Of a stretch of DNA of 64,000 nucleotides, positions 1-13,111 are shown one piece after another. The notes under the pieces are model-generated. The model made no database searches, was not told where the DNA came from, and saw nothing but the letters and a program-made list of their open reading frames with translations. This DNA is from Octopus vulgaris (taxonomy: Eukaryota), in NCBI GenBank assembly GCA_951406725.2, contig OX597827.1:77500001-77564000 (forward strand), written 5' to 3'. The translations under genes and the position numbers were made by a program. Within the stretch, counting starts at the first letter, position 1. Each line of letters starts with the position of its first letter.

Positions 1-1067
1 CAGAAGACTGAGAAAGAACATGACAAAATACCTGGTGGATCTAATAACTAAAGTGGCCATCGTAAAATTAATACAGTACCGTCATAATAACTTGTAATAA
101 TATAATATCTATGACACACAGTGAGAAGTCAGCCGGGTTTATTGTATGGTTCACAGCTAAAGCTACCTACAGTGAAATCGTTAAGTCAGGAATGGTGTTG
201 AACGGAATAAAAACTAAGAAAGGGGGGAAACAGAAAAAAAAAAAAGCAGAATGGTAGATGAAAAGAATGGATGAAAAAAAATCACCATCAATCATTATTA
301 AAGAAAGGAGTAAAAAAAAAAACGATTGAAATGGTTGGGAATGGTATTAAAGCCATTAGTCATATGAACAATAAATTCTAGGTGGGAATACATTTGACTT
401 GCTACGCTGTCCCCACCAGCACTTTGAAATCCAGTCTCTTATATTTTATACAATAAAGAAAGCTCTGTTATCTATTTATTCTGACTGTTTAGATTCCGAG
501 TTCAAATCCCGCCGAAGTTGATTTTTTTTGATTTTTTTTTTTAACTTTCCATTCTTTCGTGGTTAATGGTTAATGGTATTGAACAACCCTAAACATTTGC
601 TGACATCGGTTATATCATTCTGACTAAATTTTGAGTTCAAACTTCACTGAAGTCGACTTTGCCTTTCGTCCTTTCGGAAATTTTCTAGTGCGTCAAAAAC
701 TAAAATTCCTTCGAATGAGAAGGTTTTAAACATCGTAGATTACAATTTTGAATAAATACTTTTTTTTAAAAGACAAGCGCAAAAAATCCCCCAACATTTT
801 TTTTAACATCCAAAGAAATTACGGGTTTGTGGTGGTCGGATGTGTGACGGGGGTGGGGCACTAATTTCCGACTCTATTCTTTAAGAATGCCCAAACCCTC
901 AGATTATAGATATAAGCGGGTGTAAGAAAAACCTTTACAGCCTAATTTTCCTTGTGTGCAATCCACATCCTTTTCTCTCCAATAAGATTTTAAATACTAA
1001 GAATTATTTAGACCGGGTACTTATTCGTTATTTATGAATAACGCTGAAAAACCATAAACTTTATTAT

Positions 1068-1224
1068 ATCGAACCCAGTGCGTAACTGGTACTTAATTTA
1101 TCGACCCCGAAAGGATAAAAGGCAAAGTCGACCTCGGCGGAATTTGAACTCAGAACGTAATGGCAGACGAAACACCGCTAAGCATTTCGCCCGGCGTGCT
1201 AATGTTTCTACCAGCTCGCCGCCT
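1068..1224 (-). mobile_element. tRNA-derived SINE, working family A (5' part; Meta-SINE-like central domain)
   Basis: Reverse complement matches the copies at 25951 and 61782: GGCGGCGAGCTGG head, B-box-like GAGTTCAAATTCC, and GGTCGACTTTGCCTTT(C/T)ATCCTTTCGGGGTCGATAAATTAAGTACCAG, which resembles the conserved Meta/Sauria SINE domain as I recall it. Confidence 0.8.
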
Positions 1225-2199
1225 CTGCAGTCCATTTCGTAAATATGCTCCTCTCTGTGACGGATGGAAGAAGGCGAGAGAAAGAGCAATAGACTTTACC
1301 TTTTGGGGTTGAAGAGTAGAGAGGGTGAAAGTTGTAAAGCCCCACGGTGGCATATTATGCGTGAAGTGATCCTTTAGCTAGGCGAATGAGGAAAAATTGA
1401 ATTTGGATTCTGTATTTATATTTGATAAACAGGATTTTTCGTCTTTTATCTCGTCTGAACCCTGTTTAACCCCAGGAAACAATAGAACTTATCGAAACAT
1501 GACAATTGACTCTCCTAAATTCCTAAGTGCAAATGTCTAGAACAAGAAGAGACTCATAGGAAAATTTAGACTGGGTCTCGAATCCCGGCTAAGAATCCAG
1601 ACGTTCAAAGCAGGATATATTGTATAAAGCCTACATAATGTCGCTTATAAAGGAAGTCGGGTTGTTTTCATTGACCTATTGGTGGACTGACGGTCAGGTA
1701 TTGCGGATATAAATGATGTTAGTGACGTAAAATGGTTTCAACAACAAGCGGAACCGGGACGACTTCAGATCAGCAGAGAGCTTCTTCTATAATTCTCCGG
1801 TTATGTGAAAAAATTTAGATGTTGTTTAAACCCAGGTCAACCCAGAGTGAAGCTGACCCTTGAATAAAACCATTTCAACCATAACTATCTTGTCTTTTTG
1901 TATATCAGAAACTATAAAGCAACCGTGTGTGGCAGCACCCAGTCAAAATTGCCATGTATATTGTCTTAGGTGTCCCATTTTTTTAAAAGACGACAGGGTA
2001 AAGTGAGTGCTATTTCTAAGAGGTAGAGCAATAGCAGAGAACTTTCCCTTCTTGGTTCATGAGAAACTCGATAATGCGAATGGCTGATAGTTACTGATCT
2101 AAATTAGGGCTTCATACTCCATGCAGTTACTGGTCTAACTTCCTCCAGAAGCTCTCAACTCCTGATATAGGGACGTCGAGGCGACATGTTGTACACCAG

Positions 2200-2545
2200 T
2201 CCTTATGTGTTGTGGTTTCATAACAGAGCTCCGGACTCTGTTAATGAATTTGTCTGTCTCAATCCTTGAGGTTGTTGGTCCGTTTTCGCCTCTTTTTCTT
2301 CCTCCAGTTCTTTGCAGAACTGTCTTTAGACGGCAACGGGATCTTACCACATGGTAATACCATCTCTATTCTTCACTACTGCACAAGGAATTTACGATGA
2401 GAGGTCAGTATGCTGCTGGAAGAGTTTGTAAAGACTGTCTTTAGTGATGTTATCCAAATACGAAATATCTAAGTTAATGCAGTAACACCATATTCCCAAT
2501 GGCTATATTTGCCTTTGTGCTTCTGCAGTGAGAGTCCACACTTAT
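2200..2545 (-). mobile_element. Degenerate RTE-clade LINE ORF 3' fragment
   Basis: Minus-strand translation across stops and frameshifts gives WTLTAEAQRQI*...WCY...ISYLDNITK...WYYHVVRS...LKTVLQ.T.GGRKRG, resembling the RTE C-terminal pattern (WTLT...EMRCYR...ISY...WYGHV.R...KTILQG...GR). Confidence 0.6.
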
Positions 2546-3465
2546 TATAAAAAGAATAGAATTATATATTTGATCACACCTATCCAACGCTGCTGAGGGG
2601 CAAGTGCCAACCTCAAGAAAAGAAGTGCGCCCGTCTAAATAATGCTATTAGGCCCTTTTCTTCTTGAATTGTATTTCTTTCTGGCCTTGTGCCCTCCTTT
2701 CTAAAAATTCCAGGGACCGGCCCTGCCAACAGTAAATAAATATAAACAGTAGCGTGTCAAAAAAGCTTCTACATGGACGATAGACATGCTTGAAATAGCA
2801 GCCAATTTTTTTTATTATTAATACATGCCCACTTTCTTTTCCTATGTATATCTACTCCAAAACTCTATCAAATTATTTCTTAAGTCGGTGCTGAAAACCT
2901 GAAGATTAAAAAGCAATTTATATTATAAATAAAGAAAATATGACCACCTACCGTAATTATATAAATATATATATATATGTATGTATACACATACACTTAG
3001 TCGAATATATCTATATACTTGTTCCTCTACTTCAATATAAAAGTGGAAGAATTTGTACCTTCAAATTTCTGATTCCCCGTTGTACACGAGTTGTATGCTA
3101 AATGTGAACTGGGGGCCTTGCAGTTCTTATCAAATGATAATCGCAGTGTTATATAATTTACATTAAAATCTTAGCCGTTAATTTATTCCGGTAAAATAAA
3201 TAAATAAATATTATTTAACGACAAAACTGATGTTGTAAGCTGAGAGATTAGGGTTTCGAATAGACAAGTCTCCGAGTCTGAAATTTAAAAGTTAGCAAAT
3301 TGTATAAAGTTTAGTCGAATGGTTCCGAGATTAAAATTTTAAGTTCGATGAGATAAAGTTTCTTGTAGAAACTTTGACAAAAAAAAATCCCTCGACGCTT
3401 TTTTCCGTCGAGGGTTTATACGGCCCAATACTAGACTATTTTGTTTAGTCAGTACACGCCATATA

Positions 3466-3703
3466 GGTACAACTAGAGAACAGTGGTCCCGGTGCGCGCA
3501 CTCGCACAAGCTAGTCCTGACTAGTCGATCCTTACATTGTGTTTTTGTGTGTTAGTTACTTTGTTTAAAATATTATTTATTTTGTATTTTTGTGTTTTAT
3601 TTACTTTGCTAGGTAGTCGTTGTAGGATCGACTAGTCACGACTAGCTAGCGCGGATGCGCGACTACGCGAGTGCGCGCACCGGGACTGTTCTCAAGTAGT
3701 ACC
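3466..3703. mobile_element. Palindromic MITE with GC-rich imperfect TIRs
   Basis: GGTACAACTAGAGAACAGT..TCCCGGTGCGCGCACTCGC at the left pairs with GCGAGTGCGCGCACCGGGACTGTTCTCAAGTAGTACC at the right. An inner repeat GCTAGTCcTGACTAGTCGATCCT pairs with AGGATCGACTAGTCAcGACTAGC. AT-rich centre. Confidence 0.75.
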
Positions 3704-3755
3704 CACCAGGTATATATATATATATATATATGCACACACACACATACATATATTT

Positions 3756-3827
<72 letters not shown>

Positions 3828-4066
3828 GGGGGAGGGGGGTTTACTTTCAAAACTAGTAAAAGTGCATATTTGGACGATTTCAGGATAACCATTAAAACTG
3901 CAAGCTGCCGACATCACGCAGTGAAATTTTTTTCAGTGGCGATCCTTCGGTATATGTCCCGTAAGTACCGAAAGCGGCTTTGTTTACATTTCTGAAGATA
4001 ACAGTAACCCTTCTCTCCCACCCCTAACCCTAACACCCCATATATATATATATATATATATATATA

Positions 4067-4372
4067 CACGAGGGTGAGTCAAAAAGTAATGCCATTTTGT
4101 TTAGGACAGGAATAATTACCAACACAGGAACATGTATCATACATTAACATGAAGTTGGTCTTCAGCGGATCACTTTCCTGCTTCTCAACATAGTCACCGT
4201 TTCTCTCAATAGCAATGTTCCACCTTTGAATGAGAACATGTATCCCTGCCCCGTAAAATTCTGTTGACTGTTCTTTGAGCCACTTCTTCACTATAGTTTT
4301 CACTTCCTCATCACTGGAATAATGTTTGCCTCTCAAACCCTCTTTCATGGGGTTGAAGAGATGATAGTCCAG
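4067..4372 (-). mobile_element. Mariner transposon 3' end (transposase C-terminus plus TIR)
   Basis: Minus strand encodes DYHLFNPMKEGLRGKHYSSDEEVKTIVKKWLKEQSTEFYGAGIHVLIQRWNIAIERNGDYVEK, typical of the mariner C-terminus after YSPDLAPSD. The end TA|CACGAGGGTGAGTCAAAAAGT is a mariner-like TIR next to TA. Confidence 0.9.
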
Positions 4373-4500
4373 TGACGATGATACTCCAGTGATGAGGAAG
4401 TGAAAACTGCAGTGAAGAAGTGGCTCAAAGAACAGTCAACAGACTTTTACGGGGCAGGGATACATGCTCTCATTCAAAGGTGGAACATTGCTATTGAGAA

Positions 4501-5202
4501 TGGAAGTAAATTATCTTAAAGAAAGTGAAAGTAGAATGCGATAGAACCCGGAAGTGACGTAAGTGATATCCCAGAATTTCATAAAAAGAACGAAAAGAAC
4601 TTTCTCATTATGTAACGTCTGCAGGCACCTACATCTAAAGTATTTTCAAACGAAATGTTAAACATTACAGAAGTAGTAGCTGAAATACACCGCTCCTAGC
4701 TACGGACACCACTGGGGAGTGTAATTATTTTCATCTTACATAAAATATGTGTACGGTTTTGATGTTACATCTTTATATATAAAAATGAAGTTGTGTGTCT
4801 GTCTCCTACGATTTAGATTCCTAACTACTCCCACATTTTGCGGTGCAGTGTAACCAAAACCGGGTATCTTATAGTCGTGATTCATATCGAGCCCTTCTGG
4901 GTATTAGCGCGCGTCTACGATGAGTTTACGATTTAAAAAAAAATTTACCATCATTTTTTTCCTATTTTTAATGCATTTTTTTTGCTATTATATAAGGGAA
5001 GTAACTCTCTAAAAATGCTTATATAGTTATTTCCCTTCCAAACCCGAGCAATGCCGGGCGATACTGCTAGTTAAATATATGAACGTTCTACACGTTGGTT
5101 ATGTCACATACATTGTTTACAAGAAATTATAGGCTGTCGTTATCGCAACTTCCGGTTTCTGTCGCAATTTACTTTCATCCTTTTTAGGACAATTTACTTC
5201 CA
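4501..5202. mobile_element. Old non-autonomous TIR element (about 60-bp imperfect TIRs), interrupted by a Helitron
   Basis: TGGAAGTAAATTATCTTAAAGAAAGTGAAAGTAGAATGCGATAGAACCCGGAAGT (4501-) is an imperfect inverted repeat of ACTTCCGGTTTCTGTCGCAATTTACTTTCATCCTTTTTAGGACAATTTACTTCCA (-5202). Confidence 0.6.
4770..5070 (+). mobile_element. Non-autonomous Helitron
   Basis: Starts TC(TTTATATATAAAA) after an A and ends CTAG before a T, with a subterminal GC hairpin CCCGAGCAATGCCGGG about 12 nt upstream of the end. These are canonical Helitron termini and an A|T target site. Confidence 0.85.
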
Positions 5203-5744
5203 CTTTTTTTTATGGCCGTAGACTACACGTCAAACGTATATGAATACATGTGATGTAACATGGCTTTTGTGTTATATTAAGTGTATGTCCCTTCTTTATA
5301 TTGGTTATGTGACATGAAATTATACAATATCACCATTGTCACTTCTGAGAGTGTGGTAAATGGACACTGAAAGTGAGGTAGACCGAGGAAAATGTGGAGG
5401 AGGAGATTGGGAGGGTTGGCTTGAGAAGGAAGGGTGCCCAGAACCAGGCAAGATGGTGTGAGGGCATTTGATATGAAACTGAGGTAGATCCGACCGTCCT
5501 CGTTAACAGGGACAAATCCCAGCTTCCAAATGATGGCTGATGACCAATTTACTTTCATTTTTTCTCCTTCTCTGATGACAAGGATTGTCTATAAAACTTG
5601 GCTGGAGGTCCCTCCTTGACTTTGAGGCCCTAACCTTCAGCCTGCCAATCTGGTAGGTAAATATGTTATGTGGAGTCACGAATGACTGAAGACAAAGGCA
5701 AGAAAGTGCACTCATTACTGGAGGGTAAAGTCATCTTCATCATC

Positions 5745-5940
5745 GTCGTCGTCGTCGTCATCATCATCATCATCATCATCATTCAACGTCTGTTTTCTAT
5801 GCTGGCATGTGTTGGGCGATTTGAAGGGTGCTGACAAGCTGGAGACCTGCAAAAGGCTTCAATTGCCTGTTTTTGGCATGGTTTCTATAGCAGGATGCCC
5901 TTCGTATTGCCAACCACTTTACCCAGTGTACTGGGTGTCT
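5745..5940 (-). mobile_element. Retroposon family D fragment with (ATG)n tail
   Basis: (CAT)n followed by TTCAACGTCTGTTTTCTATGCTGGCATG...GGATGCCCTTC...GCCAACCACT, the same sequence as the copies at 23560-23740 and 24098-24270. Confidence 0.6.
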
Positions 5941-7715
5941 CACTCTTGAGCCAGCAGCACCTGCAGGATGTAATGGCTGGACAGGGAGAGAGGATTACAG
6001 CAGCACAAGAATGGTACTTGTTTCCAACTAAATAAAGGCAACACAACATACAATAATGGGTCCCACTCAAGGACACAATGCACTACTCTGATCTAGGAAT
6101 TGAACTCATAGCCTTATGATTATGAGCCAAACACCCCAACCACTAGCTTATGTACCTTCACGACATTTACGTAATTTCAGCCTGTACTTTCACTTTCTTT
6201 GTTGTTAGCTCAAACATTTCATAAATATACTTGCATTACAGATGCAAAGGACAGAATTGTCTTTGATAATATGTCTGTAGTAGGTAACCTTGTTTCAATT
6301 TGAACCTAGAATGTTTAAGTTTGAAAATCAGAACTGGTGAATAATATTACTAAATTTGGTAATTTAGGCCTAAACTTAATTTTGGCTGCATTCCTGAACT
6401 TTAATATAACACCTGCTAACATTTTTCCCAGCCAATCATGTTTGACATCTGATTTTGATGGCTGTTGATAGCCAAAAAGAAAAATCTTTTAATTTTCATG
6501 CCTAAAGGTTTCAAGGGACATTCTGGAACCTTTTGGTAGACTTATAAAACTCTAGAGTTCAGTTCTTTAAAGGGAACCCTCTCACTGTTACCAAACGCTG
6601 TGTCTTTAGAGCCATGTTTAATAAAATAATTTTCATTCTTCAACTTTCTCTCTAAGAGATTTTTCCTGTTGTAACCAGAGACTATGTCCTACATTTGTAT
6701 CAGACATTTCAGCTCTCATCTTCTGACAATTCATTACTTCTTAATTCACACACGTAACATGTGCACAACAAATTGTACATTATGTATATTAAAAATCGTT
6801 ATTAATAAACCTCATTGAAGATAATTCTTTCTTTTATTAATTATTCAACATGTAAAACATAACACAACCACATGACTTTCAAAAAACTCATTGCTGTTTG
6901 TATCAAGAATGTTTCATATTTTAGCTTGTCTAAACACAATGTCCCTCTTAGTTTTCCATATTCTTTGCAATTGGTCAAATACTGGCATTCAAGATTTCTG
7001 TATTTTTTTTTATAGACTGCAGCTGAATATTTACAAGACACACACCATTTTTATTTTGAAGAAATAATTATTCATCCATTTTTTTTTTTGCCGGAAATTT
7101 TTCAAAAGTAATCATTTTTTTTTTTTTCATTTTGGCATGAGCCATTGCAGAACTGGTTAATTCTTTACAATATTGATTTAAGATCTGTAATAAAAATAGG
7201 CAACTGAATCACAAATGTTGGCAACAGACAAAAATATTGCGCCTAATTTGTAACGACACCCCAAACAGTTGATGTAGACAAAAGTCCAAATTCACACTTG
7301 CAGCGCATCACTATTGACCAGGCCTGAAATTAACACCAAGTAAAGGCTTGGACACTGTGGAGAAACAAATTAGAAGTGCTAATAAAGGTGGGGACATCAT
7401 CAGTTTCTTTGTAATCTGGACTGAGTGCAAGGAATAAGATGTGACCAGCAATATCTTTCATCTTCATCTTGTTTTTTTGCTTCTTGGATTGCAACCATGC
7501 TGGGGTGCCATGATGAAGGGTTTCTAGGGGAACTGACCAGCTCCAGGACTAAACATTTTGCCTGCTGGGCTAACGATTCTAGCAGCTCACTGCCTTTGGT
7601 AATGGTTTCTGATTTAGGCACCAGGCCAGCAGTTTTGATGGGGAAGGGCGAGCAGGCATGGCCATGTGGTAAGAAGTATGCTTCCCAACCACAGAATAAT
7701 AATAATAATAATAAT

Positions 7716-8082
7716 AAGAGCACTCGGAGAGCGCAAACCTCTGCCATGGCAACACCAACGTCCTCTCAACGATTAGCCAGAGATGATTTTTAAAATGAGA
7801 ATATCTGAAATAAACTCGACTTCTCTCACAAACAAGAATACTAAAAATGAACCTGACCACTCTCAAAAATGAAGTAAAAAAAACTGGAAAAATAATCCAG
7901 AATCCTTGTCCGATACTGGATCAGTCCCAAAATCTAATCAGTTTGTGCCAGTCATGAGGCCAAATATCCCTGAAAGTTACATCCAAATCCATCCAGCAGT
8001 TCTTGAGACATCTTGTCCATGGACGAACAAACAAACACAACTGAAAAACAATACCTCCACCTTGGCTATGGTGGAGGTTATA
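7716..8082 (+). mobile_element. Helentron-associated non-autonomous element (HINE/DINE-like)
   Basis: Begins AAGAGCACTCGGAGAGCGCAAACCTCTGCC and ends in a hairpin ACCTCCACC-ttggctat-GGTGGAGGT (8053-8078). It has a subterminal inverted match to the 5' end, an internal (ACAA)n microsatellite, and sits between AT-rich microsatellites. Confidence 0.55.
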
Positions 8083-8097
8083 ATGATGATGATGATG

Positions 8098-8139
<42 letters not shown>

Positions 8140-8694
8140 GTATTTGTCCATCACTCAGACAGAATAAATTCAATAATAGAAAAGTAATGTTACAAATCAA
8201 TTTCCAAAATGTTTCTCTGCTCTTTCGTTTTGGTGATGGAGGTTTTTCGGGAGGATGTTCAAACCCTTTTCATCACCCCTTAAAAATTCTAGGAGCTGTT
8301 TTTGCACCCTCTGCATTCTCTGTTCTTGAACCTGTGATCACAAGAAGATAGAAAAGGGAACAGTAAAGGGGTCAAAAATAGGAAAGGGTGCATAGGTTTA
8401 CCTGGAAAAATGTTGGGGAATTTAGGGAAACATGGAATTTCTGAAGGATACAGGTGTAATCCAGGGAGTAAAAAACAAGGGACAAGAGTCGGCCCCAGTA
8501 TTAGAGTGGTATTATTTTTGAAAAACTACAAAAGAGAAATTTGACTTTGCCAGGGTTGGAACCCGGGATTCATGGCACCACAGATGTTTGAAGTAAACAC
8601 TAACCATATTGACTGTGACAGCTTGGAAGGGTCCGCATGTGACATGGGCACTGTCCCCTTCACTCAGTAATCAATAATTTTAAAAAATACGACA

Positions 8695-8702
8695 TTGATG
8701 GC

Positions 8703-8735
<33 letters not shown>

Positions 8736-9311
8736 AGGGGTGAAGCCTAATGATGATGTGCAGGAGGAAATGGGGGGGGTAATGATGATGATGAGGAGGA
8801 GTAGCAGTGATGGAGGTGGTGATGATGATGATGATGATAGTATTGTTGTTATTGTTGTTGTTGTTGTTGGTGATTTTGAAGGGGATAACAATACAGGGAG
8901 TTAAAAGCGAGAGGGAGTGGACCAAGGAGATATGATAGAAAAGCGCTTTAATGATTGGTGTGTGTGTGTGTGAGGGGAGGGAAGACGGGGGGGGGAATCG
9001 AGTAATTAGGGGACAGTAACTGTAAAGAGGGGGGATGGCGGAGGGGGTGTTGTTGTCATAGTTCAGACGCTGATATTATCACTGTCACTGGCAGTATGAC
9101 CACCACCACCACCATCATCATCAATCATTCTCAGCAACAACAACAACGCCACCACCATCACGTTCATCATCATCATCATCATCATCATCACTATCACCAC
9201 TGCCATTACCCCCCCTCCCCACATCGTTATCATCATCCTCATCATCCTCGTTCTTATCAGCTTCATCATCATAATTGACTACAACACCATCATTTTCATT
9301 ACCATCATCAT

Positions 9312-9342
<31 letters not shown>

Positions 9343-9952
9343 AGCAGCAGAAGCTTGGTTATCTCCATCACTACTACTACCCCCACCACCACCATCATCA
9401 TCACTGCCACCACCACCACCACCACCACTATCATCATCATCATCATCGTTACCACAAACCTTACTCATCACTGTTATCATATATTAGCATCATTTAGGTT
9501 ATCACCATCAACATCAGCATCATCGTCATCATCGTCATCATCATCATCATCCTCCTCCTACCTTCACCAACCACCACCACCACCATCACAACCATCGTAG
9601 CCATGACTGCTACTATCTCACCACCATCGCATCCACTCGTATCTCAGTAATCATCATCATCATCATCATCATCATCATTACCTCACATCACCCATTGGAA
9701 ATGACAAATTGGGAATGGGGTGGTGGTGGTGGTGGTGGTGGTGGTGGTGGTTTAGTGGTCGTGGCAGTGTCATGCTGATTGATGGTGGTGGTAGTGATGA
9801 TGACGATGATGATCATGATGGTGATGATGACGACGCTGGTTGTTGGTAGAGATGGTTGTGTCGATAACGATGATGATACTGCTGTCGGGGGGGGGTGGGG
9901 AACAGGATGATGTATGACAGCAGCAGAAAGGGTGGCGAGGGCGGGGGCGATT

Positions 9953-9983
<31 letters not shown>

Positions 9984-10128
9984 CAGCAGTAGTAGTTTAG
10001 TAGTAGTAGTGGTGGTGGTGGTGGTGGTGGTAGTAGTAGTAGTAGTGGTGGTGGTGGTGGTGGTGGTGGTGGTGGTAGTTGTAGTGGTGGTGGTGGTGGT
10101 GGTAGTAGTAGTAGTAGTGGTGGTGGTG

Positions 10129-10175
<47 letters not shown>

Positions 10176-10700
10176 GGTGGTGGTGGTGGTAGTAGTAGTA
10201 GTAGTTAGTAGTTAATGGTAGTCATTAGTAGTGATGGCGATGGAGGCTGGTGCTGATTATGGCAATTATGCTGATAGTGGTAGTGATGGTGATGATGTTT
10301 ATTACTAATGATGTACAATGGTGGCGGTGGTGGTGGTGGTGGTGATGATGGTGGTGATGATGATAACACCTATTACAATGGCTATGTCAATAGTGGTGTG
10401 GGTGATGGAGGTAGTGGCGGTGGTGGTGGTGGTGGTGGTGATGGTGGTGGTGGTGGTGGTGGTTGTGGAGGTGGTGGTGGTGGTGGTGGTGGTGGCGGCA
10501 GCGGTGGTGATGGTGGTGGTGGTGGTGGTGGTGGCGGTGGCGGTGGTGGTGGTGGTGGTGGTGGTGGCGGCGGTGGTGGTGGTGTTGGTGGTGTCGGTGG
10601 TGTTGGTGGTGAAGATAATGGTTTTTCTCATTGTTATCGTCATTGTTGTTGTCGGTGTTGAAGTTAGTGGTTGTTGGCAACAGTATGGTGGCATTGGCTG
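8695..10700. repeat. Cryptic trinucleotide low-complexity block (GAT/GGT/AGT; CAT/CAC polarity at about 9095-9690)
   Basis: Directly visible runs of gat, ggt, agt and their complements. Confidence 0.95.
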
Positions 10701-11374
10701 CAGTAACAGCAGGGTGGTAGTATGGCCGCTGTAGCCACAGTGGTAGTAAACTAGCTTCTAGCGACAGTAAACAGCTAACTATATTGAACACAAGTTGATT
10801 GGGAAAAAAGGTGGAGATGGCAAGGATGGACTGGTGAGCAGTGGTGTGTGGTATGGTTTGGCATGATGTGTTGTAGTACATGTGGCGTGAGCGGTGCTCT
10901 GTGAGATGTAGTGTGGGTGTAGCGTAATATCTTTGGGGGTGGTCACATGTGGAGGGGTGTGGCATAATAAGTTGCACTGTGATATGCATGCTAAAGTAAG
11001 AAAGAGTGGTGTGTAGCATATTGAGAGCTGGGGGTGGTGTTGTGAGACAGGGACCAGGATGGTGTGGTGTTGTGAGACAGGGCCCAGGATGGTGTGGTGT
11101 TTTAAAATCCCTGTCTTGTCACGGCATGCTCACTGTGTTTATTTGAACGAAAACTTCTTGCTCGACATCATCCACTGACGGTCCACACAGATTGATCTGT
11201 CACCGTCCACCTTGTTCTAAAGTGTCTTCGTCCAGTTTATGTAACGTGTTCAGTGGAAATGGAAGATGTGACTACATCCTAAATCAGTTCTTTCTCCCTT
11301 AGGAGGGCCATAAAGGGGCCACTGACAATTCTGACAGAAAGACCCCACCCACCCACCCACCCACCTGGACGGTT

Positions 11375-11665
11375 TTTTTAAGCCTGGTACTTATTCTGTT
11401 GATCTCTTTTGCTGAACTGCTAAGTTACAGGGATGTAAATGTAGCAACACCGGTTGCCAAGTAGTAGTAGGGAAGCAGCACAGACACAAACACACACACA
11501 CACACACACACATGCTCTCAGTTTCTGTCTACCAAGGCCCATGACACTAGTAGACACTAGTTGGCCCATGACACTAGTAGAAGACACTTGCCCAAGGTGC
11601 CATGCAGTGGAACTGAACTTGGAACCATGTGGTTAGGAAGCAGACGTCTTACCACAGAGCCATGC
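11375..11665 (-). mobile_element. tRNA-derived SINE family B (CORE-like; resembles octopus OR-type SINEs)
   Basis: Reverse complement contains GGTTCCAAGTTCAGTTCCACTGCATGGCACCTTGGGCAAGTGTCTTCTACTA and GTAACTTAGCAGTTCAGCAAAAGAGA. The CCTTGGGCAAGT block resembles the CORE domain. Confidence 0.7.
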
Positions 11666-12654
11666 ATATCTCCACCACAGGAAGGAATGAAAAACAAAAT
11701 TGGCCTCAGTAGGATTTGAACTCTGGACCCAAACCTCTGGAACTGTTACCCTCTCTAATAATTTTGACAATGGACTCTTCCAGTTCTCTAGAAAAGTTGT
11801 TTACAGACAGTGCCCAACACCCATGGCACACTGGCACACTGGCACACCACAAAAGATATCCTGACTTATCACAGATTTTTACAAATGTAATTTCCAGTTA
11901 TTGCAAAAGACCTATTAATGACTGACTATCTTTTAAGACATGTCATAACTTATGACATGCCATAACTTATGACATGTCATAACTTTGTTTTACACGAATA
12001 TGGTTTCTGAAACAAGGTAAGTCAGAATTTTATCTTCTCTTTTATCTTTTGCTTGTTTCAGCCATTAGTCTGCAGCCATGCTGGAGTATTACCTTGAAGA
12101 ATTTAGTCAAATAAATTGATCCCAGTACTTGACTTTCATTCTTTTTTTTTTTTTGTCAAGCCTCATACTTATTCCATCAGTCTCTTTGGCTGAACCACTA
12201 AGTTACAGGGATGTAAATACTTATATTCAAAACAGAACTGTTTCCATTTCAAGTGAGTAGGTAATTTTTTTGTCTTCCTCCAGTGTGCCATGAAATCAAA
12301 GAGATTGAGAATTCACACATTTGGGTCCTTGCAAATCTCCCTTAAAAACGTTCAGGAGACTTTTCAGAACCAATGCTTAACATTGGTTTTTATGGTCTGT
12401 GACAGAGAAGACATAAATCTTAACCAACTTTTCCTTAGAAGTTAACAACATTTGTCTATCACAAGAAACATTTCTAAGACATTGGGCAAATGTTTCAGGC
12501 CCCAGCCATGTGGATATTGACAATGTAGAATACACACCTGTGATGCTTTCTGTTGTATAATTATATAATGTGCAGGTGCACATGCGCACACATATTTCTA
12601 TGTTTTTATATATATACATATATATATATATACATATATATATCAAAATGTAAC

Positions 12655-13065
12655 CACGTGTGTACCGTTGGCGATTTTTTTCCTCCATCTTACCTTCTTT
12701 GGATCTTTCCTTCTTCTATGTTTCCGACGAAGAGCTCTGCTCAAAATGTTAAACCCTCCTTCTTCTCTTCCTTCCTGAGCGTTCAATAATACTATATTTG
12801 TCCCACGTCCTTGTGTTGTTGTGTTTTCTTGTTTGGATTAACTTTATATATATATATATATATGTTCAGCATTCACTATGATAGATTGCTAGCCACTAAA
12901 CATTCTTTGTTTTCTCTCCTTGTTTCTTTCTGTGTCCCTTTCTGTAGAAGAGCATATGCTCGAAACATTAAAGACATTTTCACTTCCCGAGCGTTATACT
13001 AATACATCTGTTTGTTGTCTACACGACCTGTCTTTGTCTTTTGTTTTTTTGTGAATTCTCCCTAT
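12655..13065 (+). mobile_element. Two adjacent Penelope-like pLTR-type fragments, each with a degenerate minimal hammerhead motif
   Basis: 12720-12754: GTTT-CCGACGA-A-GAGC tct GCTC-AAAA-TGTT-AAAC. 12938-12973: CTTT-CTGTAGA-A-GAGC atat GCTC-GAAA-CATT-AAAG. Both have the stem I / CUGANGA / stem II / GAAA / stem I layout with substitutions in the core. Confidence 0.5.
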
Positions 13066-13111
13066 ATATGTATACACACACACGGACACACACATACACA
13101 CATATATATAA

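Noticed and set aside
4015-4035. Telomere or interstitial telomeric array
   Set aside because: Only two CCCTAA units, probably internal to a small transposon.
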